Part shown: positions 55,787 through 63,995 of the stretch, piece by piece
How positions within the stretch are numbered: the first letter of the stretch is position 1
How the letters are laid out: every line of letters starts with the position of its first letter
IMG/VR virus record: IMGVR_UViG_3300025687_000001
Span: 32,001-96,000 of that record
Source: a virus
Reading direction: 5' to 3' (one strand)
Length of the DNA: 64,000 bases
Made by a program: the position numbers and the translations under genes
The notes under the pieces: model-generated
Databases searched by the model: none
Told to the model about the DNA's origin: nothing
The model's input: only the letters and a program-made list of their open reading frames with translations

Positions 55787-56614
55787 TTAGCCACCTACGA
55801 ACTGCTGGAGCATCTGGTAAGCCTGCTGCGGGTCAACTCCCTGCTGCAGGAGGTACTGGTAAGCCTGCTGCACCTGCTGCATCTGGTCCTGGCCGCCGCC
55901 TTGCTGTTGGGGCTGCTGAGGCTGCGCTTGCTGCTGCTGCCCCTGCATTTGCTGCTGGTACTGCTGGTAAGCCGGAGACTGCGTGTACTGCATCCACTGC
56001 TGCTGTACCATCTGCTCAGCTTGCTGAGGCGGAACCCCCTGCTGCACGAAACTCTGAAATAGCTGCTGCAGCTGCTGCATCTGCTGCGGGTCCGCCGAGG
56101 GTCCCGCCTGCTGCTGGGCCTGCTGCTGGGCCTGCTGCTGGGCCTGCTGCTGCTGGCCCCCGCCGCCCATTTGCTGCTGTGTATACGCCACCCACTGTCT
56201 CTGCAGCTGATCCTGGGCAGCCATGGGGTTCATGCCCTGTTGCACCATTTGCTGGTACATAGCCTGCAGCTGCTGCTTTTCCTGATCATTAGGACCGCTA
56301 GAGGGAACGTCCTGCGGACCGGCCTGCTGCATGTGCTGGGCGTAACCCATGACTTCTTGTTGGGCCTGCTGAGGCATCTGTTGCTGCTGGGCCTGCTGGG
56401 GCATCTGTTGCTGCTGGGCCTGCTGGGGCATCTGTTGCTGCTGGGGTCCCATCACTCCCTGGAGGTACTGCTGCGCCTCCTGGGGCTGTAGCCCCTGCGA
56501 GGTCAGGTACTGCATGGCCTGGCCGTAGTCGTCCATCATGCCGAGCTTAACCAGAGCCTCAAACCCTCCAAGGACGCCAGCCAGCTTAATGATCTCAGTT
56601 TCAGTAGTACGCAT
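55787..56614 (-). CDS. Glutamine-rich repeat protein
   Basis: Very high Gln content with four QG.xP..A.Q.L modules. Confidence 0.75.
   Translation of the reverse strand: MRTTETEIIKLAGVLGGFEALVKLGMMDDYGQAMQYLTSQGLQPQEAQQYLQGVMGPQQQQMPQQAQQQQMPQQAQQQQMPQQAQQEVMGYAQHMQQAGPQDVPSSGPNDQEKQQLQAMYQQMVQQGMNPMAAQDQLQRQWVAYTQQQMGGGGQQQQAQQQAQQQAQQQAGPSADPQQMQQLQQLFQSFVQQGVPPQQAEQMVQQQWMQYTQSPAYQQYQQQMQGQQQQAQPQQPQQQGGGQDQMQQVQQAYQYLLQQGVDPQQAYQMLQQFVGG
56362..56443. repeat. 27-bp tandem repeat x3 (QQQQMPQQA)
   Basis: Unit ggcatctgttgctgctgggcctgctgg; additional 12-bp ctgctgctgggc repeats near 56108-56156. Confidence 0.85.
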
Positions 56615-57494
56615 TCATAGCCTCTTCCTCGCCTGGCTGGTTTAGCATGTGGTTGACCCCTAGCGCCATACCACCGGCACCCAAGAGACCAAGAGGGATC
56701 TTTCTAGACGCCGAGAGATTCTTGCCTAGCTGCTTGACCAGGTCTTCTCCGATAGCCTCAGGAGCCTTGCCCGCTAGGAACCTCATCTTCTGGAACGGAA
56801 TGTCGTGCTTCGCTGCTTCGGTGCTAAGCTCGACCAGCCTCTTGCGCCGGTCCCAGAAGCCATCGCCTCCTGTAGCCTTAAGCTTGTTCAGCAGCTCTCG
56901 CATGCGGAAGCGAGCCTCCAACTCAGAGCCAAAGTCCGCCATCTGGCTGCCCAGCTCGTAGCCCCCGTACCCCGACAGCCCAAGAACTAGGCCCTTGCCG
57001 AGGGCTTCATTCTTCGCCGGAGGCTGCTCATACTCTTGGTAGGCCAGTTTAGTAGTCATAAACGCATCAAAGCCCGCAGCGGCAGTCTTGGGCTTAGGCT
57101 CCGGCTGAAGTTTGGTAGCGTCAGTGCCCTGCGGTAACTTGCTGCTCACCGCGCTGGGCTGCGCACCCACACCCTGATTGACCGGAGCGTTAAGCAGACT
57201 ACCTGGAGCCTGCAGCGGCGCGTTGGGGTTAGCGCCCACAGACGGACCCGCCATGAGCGCCGTGAGAGCAGGGTTAGAAGCGAGAGCAGCGTTAGCTGGG
57301 GAAGTAGCTCCAGGCGCTACGGACCCCATTTGCGCTGCCTTCGCTGCTCTGTGCTCCTCAATGTCTTCCAGGAGAGCCTTGCTGCGCCGGTACTTCTTAG
57401 AAAGAAAACTTAAGAGCCCGTCTACACGAGCCAGGGTCTCCTCTTTAAGCGCCGGAGCTTCTTCTGGTAGTTTCTCAGGCTCAAGCTCAGCCAT
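56601..57494 (-). CDS. Hypothetical protein (K-x-A motifs, Gly-rich hydrophobic segments)
   Basis: PKTAAA and TKLAY; overlaps the downstream start. Confidence 0.65.
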   Translation of the reverse strand: MAELEPEKLPEEAPALKEETLARVDGLLSFLSKKYRRSKALLEDIEEHRAAKAAQMGSVAPGATSPANAALASNPALTALMAGPSVGANPNAPLQAPGSLLNAPVNQGVGAQPSAVSSKLPQGTDATKLQPEPKPKTAAAGFDAFMTTKLAYQEYEQPPAKNEALGKGLVLGLSGYGGYELGSQMADFGSELEARFRMRELLNKLKATGGDGFWDRRKRLVELSTEAAKHDIPFQKMRFLAGKAPEAIGEDLVKQLGKNLSASRKIPLGLLGAGGMALGVNHMLNQPGEEEAMNAYY

Positions 57495-57554
57495 TACGCC
57501 AACCCAGGTAGAAAGTCATCTCAATTCTAGCTGCAAAGCGGAAGCTTACCCAGC

Positions 57555-57572
57555 CTAAAATCTGGCATAAGT
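57555..57572 (+). promoter_or_regulatory. Promoter motif CTAAAATCTGGCATAAGT
   Basis: In a divergent intergenic region, 9 nt before the ATG. Confidence 0.55.
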
Positions 57573-57581
57573 TAGCAGCCT

Positions 57582-58454
57582 ATGAAGAACATCTTCTTGT
57601 CTCTCGGAAGAGAGACAATCACCTTTCTCAAGGGCCTGCGTAACGAGCAGGCCGAACTTACTCGTGAGCTGCGCGTCACCACACGCGACATTGCGCGGCT
57701 GCAAGAGTCCTTGCGCGAACAAACAGCAAACCGCGCTCGGCTCCAGACGCTGCTCGCGTCTCGCGCCCAAGAAGTCGCCCAGAGCCTGGAAGAGGCCCAG
57801 AGCGTCGTCAACCAGGTTGGCTCGTACGACGAGGGCCTGCCCATCGGGGTCGAAATCGATGACCTCGTCAAGGAGCTCAAGGCGCTGTTCGCTGGAGACG
57901 CGGTTGCGCTGGCTTCGACAGACCTCGCTACCGCTGAGACCACGGTGAGGGCGCCAGAGCCCGCTACGCGCGTAGAGCCTCAGGCGCCCTGCGGCGGAGT
58001 CACGGCTCAGGCGCACTTGATCGACCTGCTGGTACGTTCGCAGAACGGGCACAGCTACCACGGGTACCCGTCCACGGTTTGGGCGTGGACCTTCCTGCTG
58101 AATCTGAAGACCCAGCAGGGAACGCTGACAGGCGATGACCGCTACGTCAGCATCGCGGAGCTCTCCGACTTCATGTTGGAGGTTCTGCCGAAGCAGAGTG
58201 ACCCCGCCGCGCGAGCACTGGATACGCGGTGGTACGACTCCCGGAAGCGCGCCAAGACGCTATACGGGATTCTCGATCGTATGCGTCACAAGAAGGCGCA
58301 GCCCCTTCGGATCGAGTACTTCGCCGGGCACAAGAAAGTGAAGAGCAAGATCCCCGTGCCCGAGAAGTACCTCGGGCACGGCAATTACATGGCCTTGTGG
58401 TTCGACCCCTCGGCAAAGGACGCCCAGACGGCAGGCATGGTCATCCAGGCCTAG
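57582..58454 (+). CDS. Hypothetical protein (N-terminal coiled coil)
   Basis: 290 aa with strong C/G third-position bias. Confidence 0.7.
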   Translation: MKNIFLSLGRETITFLKGLRNEQAELTRELRVTTRDIARLQESLREQTANRARLQTLLASRAQEVAQSLEEAQSVVNQVGSYDEGLPIGVEIDDLVKELKALFAGDAVALASTDLATAETTVRAPEPATRVEPQAPCGGVTAQAHLIDLLVRSQNGHSYHGYPSTVWAWTFLLNLKTQQGTLTGDDRYVSIAELSDFMLEVLPKQSDPAARALDTRWYDSRKRAKTLYGILDRMRHKKAQPLRIEYFAGHKKVKSKIPVPEKYLGHGNYMALWFDPSAKDAQTAGMVIQA

Positions 58455-58459
58455 GAGTC

Positions 58460-58822
58460 CGGTGCCTCCTGAGGCCGCCGCAATGTACCGACGACAGGTG
58501 CCCCTTACGAACTACTTGTCGTCGGTACACCGCTTTTCCTAGCCCAGGAGCCAGCGTGTTTCTAGACACTCCCCGAGAGGGGGTGGTGTGCACCTCTTAC
58601 GTGGAAGACGAGCTGTGCGCCCCCACAATCGAGGCAACCAGCATTGCTGGGTTCATTCTCCTGCACGACAAGACGTGCTCTTTTGGAGAGTGGATACTCC
58701 TGGTAAAAAGCCCGGACGGCGCCTTGTCGTACAACAACTGTACGTACAGCGTCCGCGGGCGGGGACCAAAGAAGTACCTTACGCAGGTGCTGCTCCCCAT
58801 CCTTAATCTGACGGAGGGCTAG
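58460..58822 (+). CDS. Hypothetical Cys-motif protein (start uncertain)
   Basis: CTDDRCPLRTTCRRY; no clear canonical start codon. Confidence 0.35.
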   Translation, partial: RCLLRPPQCTDDRCPLRTTCRRYTAFPSPGASVFLDTPREGVVCTSYVEDELCAPTIEATSIAGFILLHDKTCSFGEWILLVKSPDGALSYNNCTYSVRGRGPKKYLTQVLLPILNLTEG

Positions 58823-58825
58823 CTC

Positions 58826-59092
58826 ATGAACGAGATCAGCGTCCCCAAGGCTGCTGTGCCTAACCTCACCGCGTATCTACAGGCAGGTGCGGTGGTGTCT
58901 ACTATCAAGAACCAGAAGACTGGAAGGGTAGTAGCGCTGCTGGCCAACCCCGCCGCTGATGGCGCTGATCTCGCTGAGATCCTGGCGGACTCGGGGGAGC
59001 ACTCCACGCTCCCCGCCGCCATCCTCGCTCTGGAGGAAATCCTGGAACAACTGGAAATGGAGGACCTTGAGCTCGATCAGCCGGAAGCGTAA
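58826..59092 (+). CDS. Hypothetical protein
   Basis: SD ggaggg upstream; 88 aa. Confidence 0.6.
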   Translation: MNEISVPKAAVPNLTAYLQAGAVVSTIKNQKTGRVVALLANPAADGADLAEILADSGEHSTLPAAILALEEILEQLEMEDLELDQPEA

Positions 59093-59154
59093 AGCTCCGT
59101 CCTGGAGAAAGTTCGTTGAAAGCGGAGAGATGGACGGCAGCGTGAAGCTGTTGT

Positions 59155-59430
59155 TTGGGGGGGCACGCCCGAATTCTCTACGGGAGTGCGAGGTACCCCA
59201 ACTCTATCGGACTGCTCCGAGAGTACCTATGTGTGGACGCTCGAGGACGCCACGACGGGACCCTCACCCTTCAACGAATGTTCCGCCCCAGCAAACTCCT
59301 CGTTACCTACACCGGCAGTGATCGGTACCTGCCTTTCTCCGCGCAGTATAGCCCTCAGGATGTTTTGTGGGTTCACAAGGCCTACGCGACTATGTTAGGA
59401 GGGTTAAGGACTGACTTGAGAAGGTGCTAG
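59155..59430 (+). CDS. Hypothetical protein
   Basis: Fills the gap before the tRNAs; start uncertain. Confidence 0.35.
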   Translation: MGGHARILYGSARYPNSIGLLREYLCVDARGRHDGTLTLQRMFRPSKLLVTYTGSDRYLPFSAQYSPQDVLWVHKAYATMLGGLRTDLRRC

Positions 59431-59437
59431 GAGATTA

Positions 59438-59519
59438 GCGAGGGTGGCGGAACTGGTAGACGCACTGGATTTAGGTTCCAGCGACTTTAGTCATGGGGGT
59501 TCGATTCCCCCCTCTCGCA
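59438..59519 (+). tRNA. tRNA-Leu(TAG)
   Basis: Cloverleaf; ctgga-tttaggt-tccag anticodon arm; long variable arm. Confidence 0.92.
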
Positions 59520-59525
59520 TACTTA

Positions 59526-59607
59526 GCCCGGGTGGTGGAACTGGTAGACACCGCTGACTTAAACTCAGCCGCAGAAATGCGTGTGGGTTCGATCCCCGCC
59601 CCGGGCA
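59526..59607 (+). tRNA. tRNA-Leu(TAA)
   Basis: gctga-cttaaac-tcagc anticodon arm; long variable arm. Confidence 0.92.
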
Positions 59608-59611
59608 CTAA

Positions 59612-59881
59612 ATGACCTTCATTCTCCTAGCACCTGACAATAAAAGAGAACTCGGCGCAGTCCAGGTCCTTAGGGACAGCGACACTCACCACGTCCTGGC
59701 GCTGCGCTTTCATTTAAACCACCCGCCCAGGGTGGTCACCTACTCGCAGCAAAACCTCAAAGACCTACTAGCTGCTCAAGACATTGCTGCTATAATCGCA
59801 GCTGACGCTCTCAGCCTGGGGGGCTACGAGCACGCTCCAAGGATTCTAACCTTGTCTGATACGCGCGTAGAAACGCTATGA
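59612..59881 (+). CDS. Hypothetical protein
   Basis: ORF between tRNAs with ATGA coupling to the next gene. Confidence 0.5.
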   Translation: MTFILLAPDNKRELGAVQVLRDSDTHHVLALRFHLNHPPRVVTYSQQNLKDLLAAQDIAAIIAADALSLGGYEHAPRILTLSDTRVETL

Positions 59882-60105
59882 TGACGCACTGGGAGCTGGC
59901 GAGGCTAGCGGGGCTGTGGCTGGAAAAGCTGGCCACCGAGCACCCGGAAAAACTCGACGAGTGCGTTGCTATCACCATCCACGACGACTACACTGCTGAC
60001 ATTGCTTTCAAGGTACGTTGGTCAGGGCCCAAGAAGGTCGCCCCGACCCCGGAGCCGAAAGAAACAGAAGAAGCGAGTTCTGTGACAACTGATGAAGGCG
60101 AGTAG
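59878..60105 (+). CDS. Hypothetical protein
   Basis: 75 aa; last codons overlap tRNA-Val. Confidence 0.5.
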   Translation: MMTHWELARLAGLWLEKLATEHPEKLDECVAITIHDDYTADIAFKVRWSGPKKVAPTPEPKETEEASSVTTDEGE

Positions 60106-60167
60106 CTCAGCGGTAGAGCAGCTCTTTTACGTGGAGCTGGTCGCAGGTTCGACCCCTGTCTCGCCTA
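60096..60167 (+). tRNA. tRNA-Val(TAC)
   Basis: aggcgag/ctcgcct acceptor stem; gctct-tttacgt-ggagc anticodon arm. Confidence 0.85.
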
Positions 60168-60246
60168 CAACTATGCCAGTCGAACAGCAGGTAAAACCCA
60201 GTGAGGAAGAGAGCTGTCTAGCACTGCTGGGTGCTGGCTTCTTTTA

Positions 60247-60319
60247 GGGGGATTAGCTCAGTTGGGAGAGCAGGAGCTTTGCAAGCTTCAGGTCGTCAGT
60301 TCGATTCTGACATCCTCCA
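60247..60319 (+). tRNA. tRNA-Ala(TGC)
   Basis: G3:U70 pair; ggagc-tttgcaa-gcttc anticodon arm. Confidence 0.92.
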
Positions 60320-60329
60320 CATCTTCTAT

Positions 60330-60402
60330 TGCGGGTTAGAAAAATCAGGTACTTCACCTGGTTCATACCCCGGAGATCTGGGTTCAAATCCCAGGCCCGC
60401 AA
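60330..60402 (+). tRNA. tRNA-Met(CAT), initiator-like, divergent
   Basis: tgcgggt/gcccgca acceptor stem, ttcatac loop and ggttcaaatcc T-arm. Confidence 0.75.
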
Positions 60403-60409
60403 CAACAAT

Positions 60410-60730
60410 TCTTTTCCTGGTAAAAGAAACTGCCAGCAAAGCACTGCTGGCACTAGGGCCGCGCAATGAGCGCTCGCGTTGGACAGAATCCGGTGACGTC
60501 CGCGACCCCGCTGTTTACTCTTGGCTTTCTGCCCACCAAGAACCTGGCAGCCGTGAGGCCCAGGCGGTGAACGATGCGAAATTCCGAGTGGGTGAGAGGC
60601 CCACATCTTCTTCTAAGAAATAGCTGGCCGTTGTGGAGACAATCTCCAGGGAGGAGTAGCGTCAGTTCCCGGATTAAGCTCCCGGGGGCGGGACCTTGAC
60701 CCTTCGGCTGGCGGCGCCTTCTTTAGGCTT
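60410..60730 (+). ncRNA. Candidate structured ncRNA within the tRNA cluster
   Basis: Many hairpins (tgccagca/tgctggca, cttgg/ccaag, gcc-gtga-ggc, gtggg/cccac, tggaga-caa-tctcca) and no credible ORF. Confidence 0.4.
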
Positions 60731-60765
60731 GCCCGTCTCATTTTAGATAGGTTAATTTCCACCGC

Positions 60766-61110
60766 ATGACTTTCGACGAATACCAGGAGGTAGCCAGCAC
60801 CACCGCTCGCTACCCAGGCCGCCTTCAGCACAACCCCACCTACCCTGTTCTCGGTCTAAACGGCGAAGCTGGGGAAGTGGCGGAGAAGTTGAAGAAGTTG
60901 TTCCGTGACACGAACTGGACTCCGGGCACCCCGATACCTCACGACGTAAGGGACCTGCTCATCAAAGAGCTGGGAGACGTACTGTGGTACCTCTCCGCCT
61001 GCTGCGACGAGATCGCTGTTACTTTAGATGAAGTGGCGCACGTCAACATCCAGAAGCTCCTCTCCAGGAAGCAACGCGGCGTCATCGGAGGCAGCGGCGA
61101 CAACCGCTAA
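60766..61110 (+). CDS. MazG-like nucleotide pyrophosphohydrolase
   Basis: LGLNGEAGEVAEKLKK, KELGDVLWY and NIQKL..R..RG..GSGDNR. Confidence 0.92.
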   Translation: MTFDEYQEVASTTARYPGRLQHNPTYPVLGLNGEAGEVAEKLKKLFRDTNWTPGTPIPHDVRDLLIKELGDVLWYLSACCDEIAVTLDEVAHVNIQKLLSRKQRGVIGGSGDNR

Positions 61111-61114
61111 CCCT

Positions 61115-61185
61115 AGGGGCGTCGTCTAACGGTAGGACGCAAGGTTTTGGTCCTTGTTACGTGGGTTCGAATCCTACCGCCCCTG
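61115..61185 (+). tRNA. tRNA-Gln(TTG)
   Basis: caagg-ttttggt-ccttg anticodon arm. Confidence 0.9.
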
Positions 61186-61186
61186 C

Positions 61187-61260
61187 CCTCACGTAGCTCA
61201 GCTGGATAGAGCGACGGCCTTCTAAGCCGTGGGTCCCAAGTTCGAATCTTGGCGTGAGGA
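61187..61260 (+). tRNA. tRNA-Arg(TCT)
   Basis: acggc-cttctaa-gccgt anticodon arm. Confidence 0.92.
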
Positions 61261-61268
61261 CTAGCCAA

Positions 61269-61341
61269 TCCGCCTTAGCTCAGTTGGTAGAGCAATCGGC
61301 TGTTAACCGATTTGTCGCTGGTTCGAGCCCAGCAGGCGGAG
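61269..61341 (+). tRNA. tRNA-Asn(GTT)
   Basis: atcgg-ctgttaa-ccgat anticodon arm. Confidence 0.92.
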
Positions 61342-61350
61342 CATTCTTTA

Positions 61351-61423
61351 GGGCCTATAGCTCAGTGGTGAGAGCGGCCGGCTCATAACCGGTTGGTCCC
61401 AGGTTCAAGTCCTGGTGGGCCCA
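61351..61423 (+). tRNA. tRNA-Ile2(CAT, lysidine type) or elongator Met
   Basis: GGGCCTATAGCTCAG start is typical of Ile tRNAs; ccgg-ctcataa-ccgg anticodon arm. Confidence 0.8.
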
Positions 61424-61435
61424 AGTAAAAACACC

Positions 61436-62209
61436 ATGGGATACGACATGAGCTTGGTAAACCCGAGCGAAGAACTTCTTCGACTCGAGCAGGACAGCAA
61501 GCGCGAATTCCAAGCGCTGGTAGCCGCCCGAGATATCCTAAAGACCCCAGAAACTAAAGCCATTTTCCAGGACGCTATGGACTACTGGAACAACTGCTAC
61601 TGGGGCACTAAGCGCGGCAACCCCGCGCCTGTAAAGCCGGACTACGCTGACACTGCTAGCACTGAACTCTTTGAAAAGGTCTTAGCTGCGCAAGAAGCGG
61701 TCATCGCGCACAGTAACAAGGGCACGCGCGATCCTACCTACTTCCGCCTGAACGTCTGGGGGATGGGTAAGTACCGCGATGTGATGGAAAAGCTAGGGAT
61801 GATGTACTTAGGCCGGTACACGACACCCAGCTTCGCCGCGTACCCCGGTGACGAGCACTTCGCTGGAGACTACACTGAACCCATCACCGACGAAGGCCGT
61901 AAGTGGCGCGAACACCAGGACATGTGTCTGCACTACAGTCCCCCGGAAGCTGAGGGCCTATTGCCCGGCCACAAGTTTGGCTCCAATGACGGATGGCACG
62001 TCACTACCGACGAGTGCGCTGCTGCGCTGAGGGTTGCCGCGGCACACGGGTGGGACGCAGACAATCCTCCCAGCGAAGAGATGAAAAAGGTGTCTGGCCC
62101 CTTCAACGAGATGGGCGTTCCCGACGCTGATGAGAACACCTACTGGTGGGCGTGGTTGGGCTTCCTGAAGAACGCGCGTGACAACGCGGAAGGGTTTCAG
62201 GTTTACTGA
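61436..62209 (+). CDS. Hypothetical protein
   Basis: MGYDM start; YFRLNVWGM, NDGW.VT and a C-terminal GFQVY. Confidence 0.75.
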   Translation: MGYDMSLVNPSEELLRLEQDSKREFQALVAARDILKTPETKAIFQDAMDYWNNCYWGTKRGNPAPVKPDYADTASTELFEKVLAAQEAVIAHSNKGTRDPTYFRLNVWGMGKYRDVMEKLGMMYLGRYTTPSFAAYPGDEHFAGDYTEPITDEGRKWREHQDMCLHYSPPEAEGLLPGHKFGSNDGWHVTTDECAAALRVAAAHGWDADNPPSEEMKKVSGPFNEMGVPDADENTYWWAWLGFLKNARDNAEGFQVY

Positions 62210-62307
62210 GCCCTGAACGGTTCGCATCCTACGGGGGACCTGGCGGTGATACCTCGTAGTTGGTCGGGGTAACCCAGCATCGTCTGGGCTATAACCGCCA
62301 TCCCTTT

Positions 62308-62383
62308 GGGGCATTAGCTCAGTTGGTAGAGCAATTGACTTTTAATCTCTTGGTCCAGGGTTCGAGTCCCTGATGCCCCACCA
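62308..62383 (+). tRNA. tRNA-Lys(TTT) with mismatched anticodon stem
   Basis: Intact acceptor, D and T arms and encoded CCA; anticodon arm attga-cttttaa-tctct. Confidence 0.8.
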
Positions 62384-62414
62384 AGAAAACGCGTTACAAG
62401 CGCAACAAGTTCGT

Positions 62415-62433
62415 CTAAGATTCTGGCATAAGT
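62415..62433 (+). promoter_or_regulatory. Promoter motif CTAAGATTCTGGCATAAGT
   Basis: Lies upstream of tRNA-Thr. Confidence 0.5.
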
Positions 62434-62457
62434 AGGTGTCCTAGGACTCTTGCTTAT

Positions 62458-62530
62458 GCTGGGATAGCTCAGTTGGTAGAGCAGCTGATTTGTAATCAGC
62501 CGGTCGTCAGTTCAAGTCTGACTCTCAGCT
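62458..62530 (+). tRNA. tRNA-Thr(TGT)
   Basis: gctga-tttgtaa-tcagc anticodon arm. Confidence 0.92.
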
Positions 62531-62645
62531 CTCAACCCCACAACTACGTCCCCTCCCCCGAAGAGCACGGCCAGCCACCGGGGGGCGTAATAGGGTTAAG
62601 GTGGCTTACGAAACCCACAGCTAGGGTAGTCGTGCAGGCTGACTG

Positions 62646-62686
62646 GGGGCGGTTAACTGTGGTGGGTTAACCGCCCCCTTCTTTTT
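62646..62686 (+). terminator. Intrinsic terminator
   Basis: ggggcggttaac/gttaaccgcccc stem followed by tttcttttt. Confidence 0.85.
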
Positions 62687-63080
62687 AGCCCGTAAAGAGG
62701 CCCTTGAGGTGGTCCATGCGGGACATCTCCGGCTGGCCGCCCATGGCAGCGCCCGCGCCCATAAGGCCCGCACCACCCAGCGCAGCAGCGCCGCCTAGCG
62801 CTCCAGCCTGCCAGGGGTTGGCCCTGGCCGCCTGCCACATGTCCTTACCAACACCCGCCAGGTAATCACCATGCCCCATGTTCTGCATGGCCTCCGCGCC
62901 CCCAGCCAGGTGCTGCGTCAGCTTCCGCTGATCCCGGAAAGTCGACATGGGCTTCCCCGCCCAATCTTTGATCGACTTACCCATCCCCGCCCAGTTGATG
63001 GCGATCTTCTCCTGCCCCTCAGCAAGGCCAAAATCAATCAGAGCCTGGGCGCACCCAGCGTCATACGCTTCCTTGAACAT
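62685..63080 (-). CDS. KEAY-leader protein with Gly/Ala-rich hydrophobic segment
   Basis: MFKEAYDAGCAQALIDFG...EKIA. Confidence 0.7.
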   Translation of the reverse strand: MFKEAYDAGCAQALIDFGLAEGQEKIAINWAGMGKSIKDWAGKPMSTFRDQRKLTQHLAGGAEAMQNMGHGDYLAGVGKDMWQAARANPWQAGALGGAAALGGAGLMGAGAAMGGQPEMSRMDHLKGLFTG

Positions 63081-63312
63081 CCTCTACACCTTTCCAAGAG
63101 CTGCACTTGTAAATACCGCTAGCAGCGAAATCATAGCGCACGCAGTAGCCCTGGACACCTGCTCTTACGTCAAAATGTTTGCAGGACATGCAACTCTGCG
63201 CCGGGTCGGGAGCGGGTCCGTAGTTAGGAGCGTCCACCATGGAGCTGGTTTTCTCGATGTACTCGAGTAGAGCTCTGGCTGCTCCGCGGCCGTAGGCTTC
63301 TTTGATGCTCAT
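63061..63312 (-). CDS. KEAY-leader protein with HiPIP-like 4-Cys domain
   Basis: APNY...CMSCKHF...C...CSSW. Confidence 0.6.
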   Translation of the reverse strand: MSIKEAYGRGAARALLEYIEKTSSMVDAPNYGPAPDPAQSCMSCKHFDVRAGVQGYCVRYDFAASGIYKCSSWKGVEDVQGSV

Positions 63313-63995
63313 GATAACAGCTCCTTGAGCTCGTCTACTGCAGTGAGTTCTTTGTCTGCGGTGAGGCCATGCCCTGCAAGCCCGATACCCCCAGCGGTGA
63401 GTAGGGTCCCGAGGCCCTTTGGCATTCTACCAAGGTAGTCAACTAGCGCAGACAGCTGCCGCGGAGTCACATTTCGTGTCTGCTTCAGAGCCTCCAGTAG
63501 ACCCTCGGTCTTACGAACCTTATTCAGAGCACTCATACCTTCACGAGTCTCTCGACCTAGCACCCTCCGCGCATAGTCAGCGTTAGGAACCACATCTTTA
63601 GGCTGTGCAAGGTACTCTCGGATGACCTCCGGCAGATCTCTGCGGAGAGCCTTACCCTGCTCATTGTTTAAAATGAGGTTGGCTCCGCCTTGCGTAAACG
63701 GAAGAGACGCCATCCCCGCTAGCCCCAGCCCGCCAGCAACTTCGGGCAGAGAGACGTCCTCCGGGTTAATCTTGCTCGCACCATACACAGCACCGGCGCC
63801 CCCTGCCGCAGCTGCCCCTCGCAGTAGGTTGGGTGCGTGCTTTAGCCACTTTTGGCGACGAGCCTGCCTAGCTAGTAGCTTATCCGCCGACGCCTCAGCG
63901 GCTTCCTGGCTTAAGCCTTTCTCCAGTTCTCGGTCAATAGCGATCTCTCGCAAAGCCTCTTGGCTGGGACGGTACTCAGTAATGGTCTCGTACAT
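63309..63995 (-). CDS. Hypothetical protein with Gly-rich hydrophobic segments (may be 5'-truncated)
   Basis: ORF reaches the window edge. Confidence 0.6.
   Translation of the reverse strand: MYETITEYRPSQEALREIAIDRELEKGLSQEAAEASADKLLARQARRQKWLKHAPNLLRGAAAAGGAGAVYGASKINPEDVSLPEVAGGLGLAGMASLPFTQGGANLILNNEQGKALRRDLPEVIREYLAQPKDVVPNADYARRVLGRETREGMSALNKVRKTEGLLEALKQTRNVTPRQLSALVDYLGRMPKGLGTLLTAGGIGLAGHGLTADKELTAVDELKELLS

Noticed and set aside
57562-57577. Sigma-54 promoter (TGGCA...GC)
   Set aside because: GG-to-GC spacing is 9 rather than 10, and the other copies lack the -12 GC.
60231-60623. ORFs overlapping tRNA genes (also 60253..60606 and 62473..62670)
   Set aside because: They are shadows of clear tRNA cloverleafs.
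62210-62305. Hairpins before tRNA-Lys and at 2955-3001, 52921-52940 and 62535-62640 as further retron-like units
   Set aside because: They lack the A|G...TC|G|T junction and the paired msr-like hairpins; they are probably processing or terminator structures.
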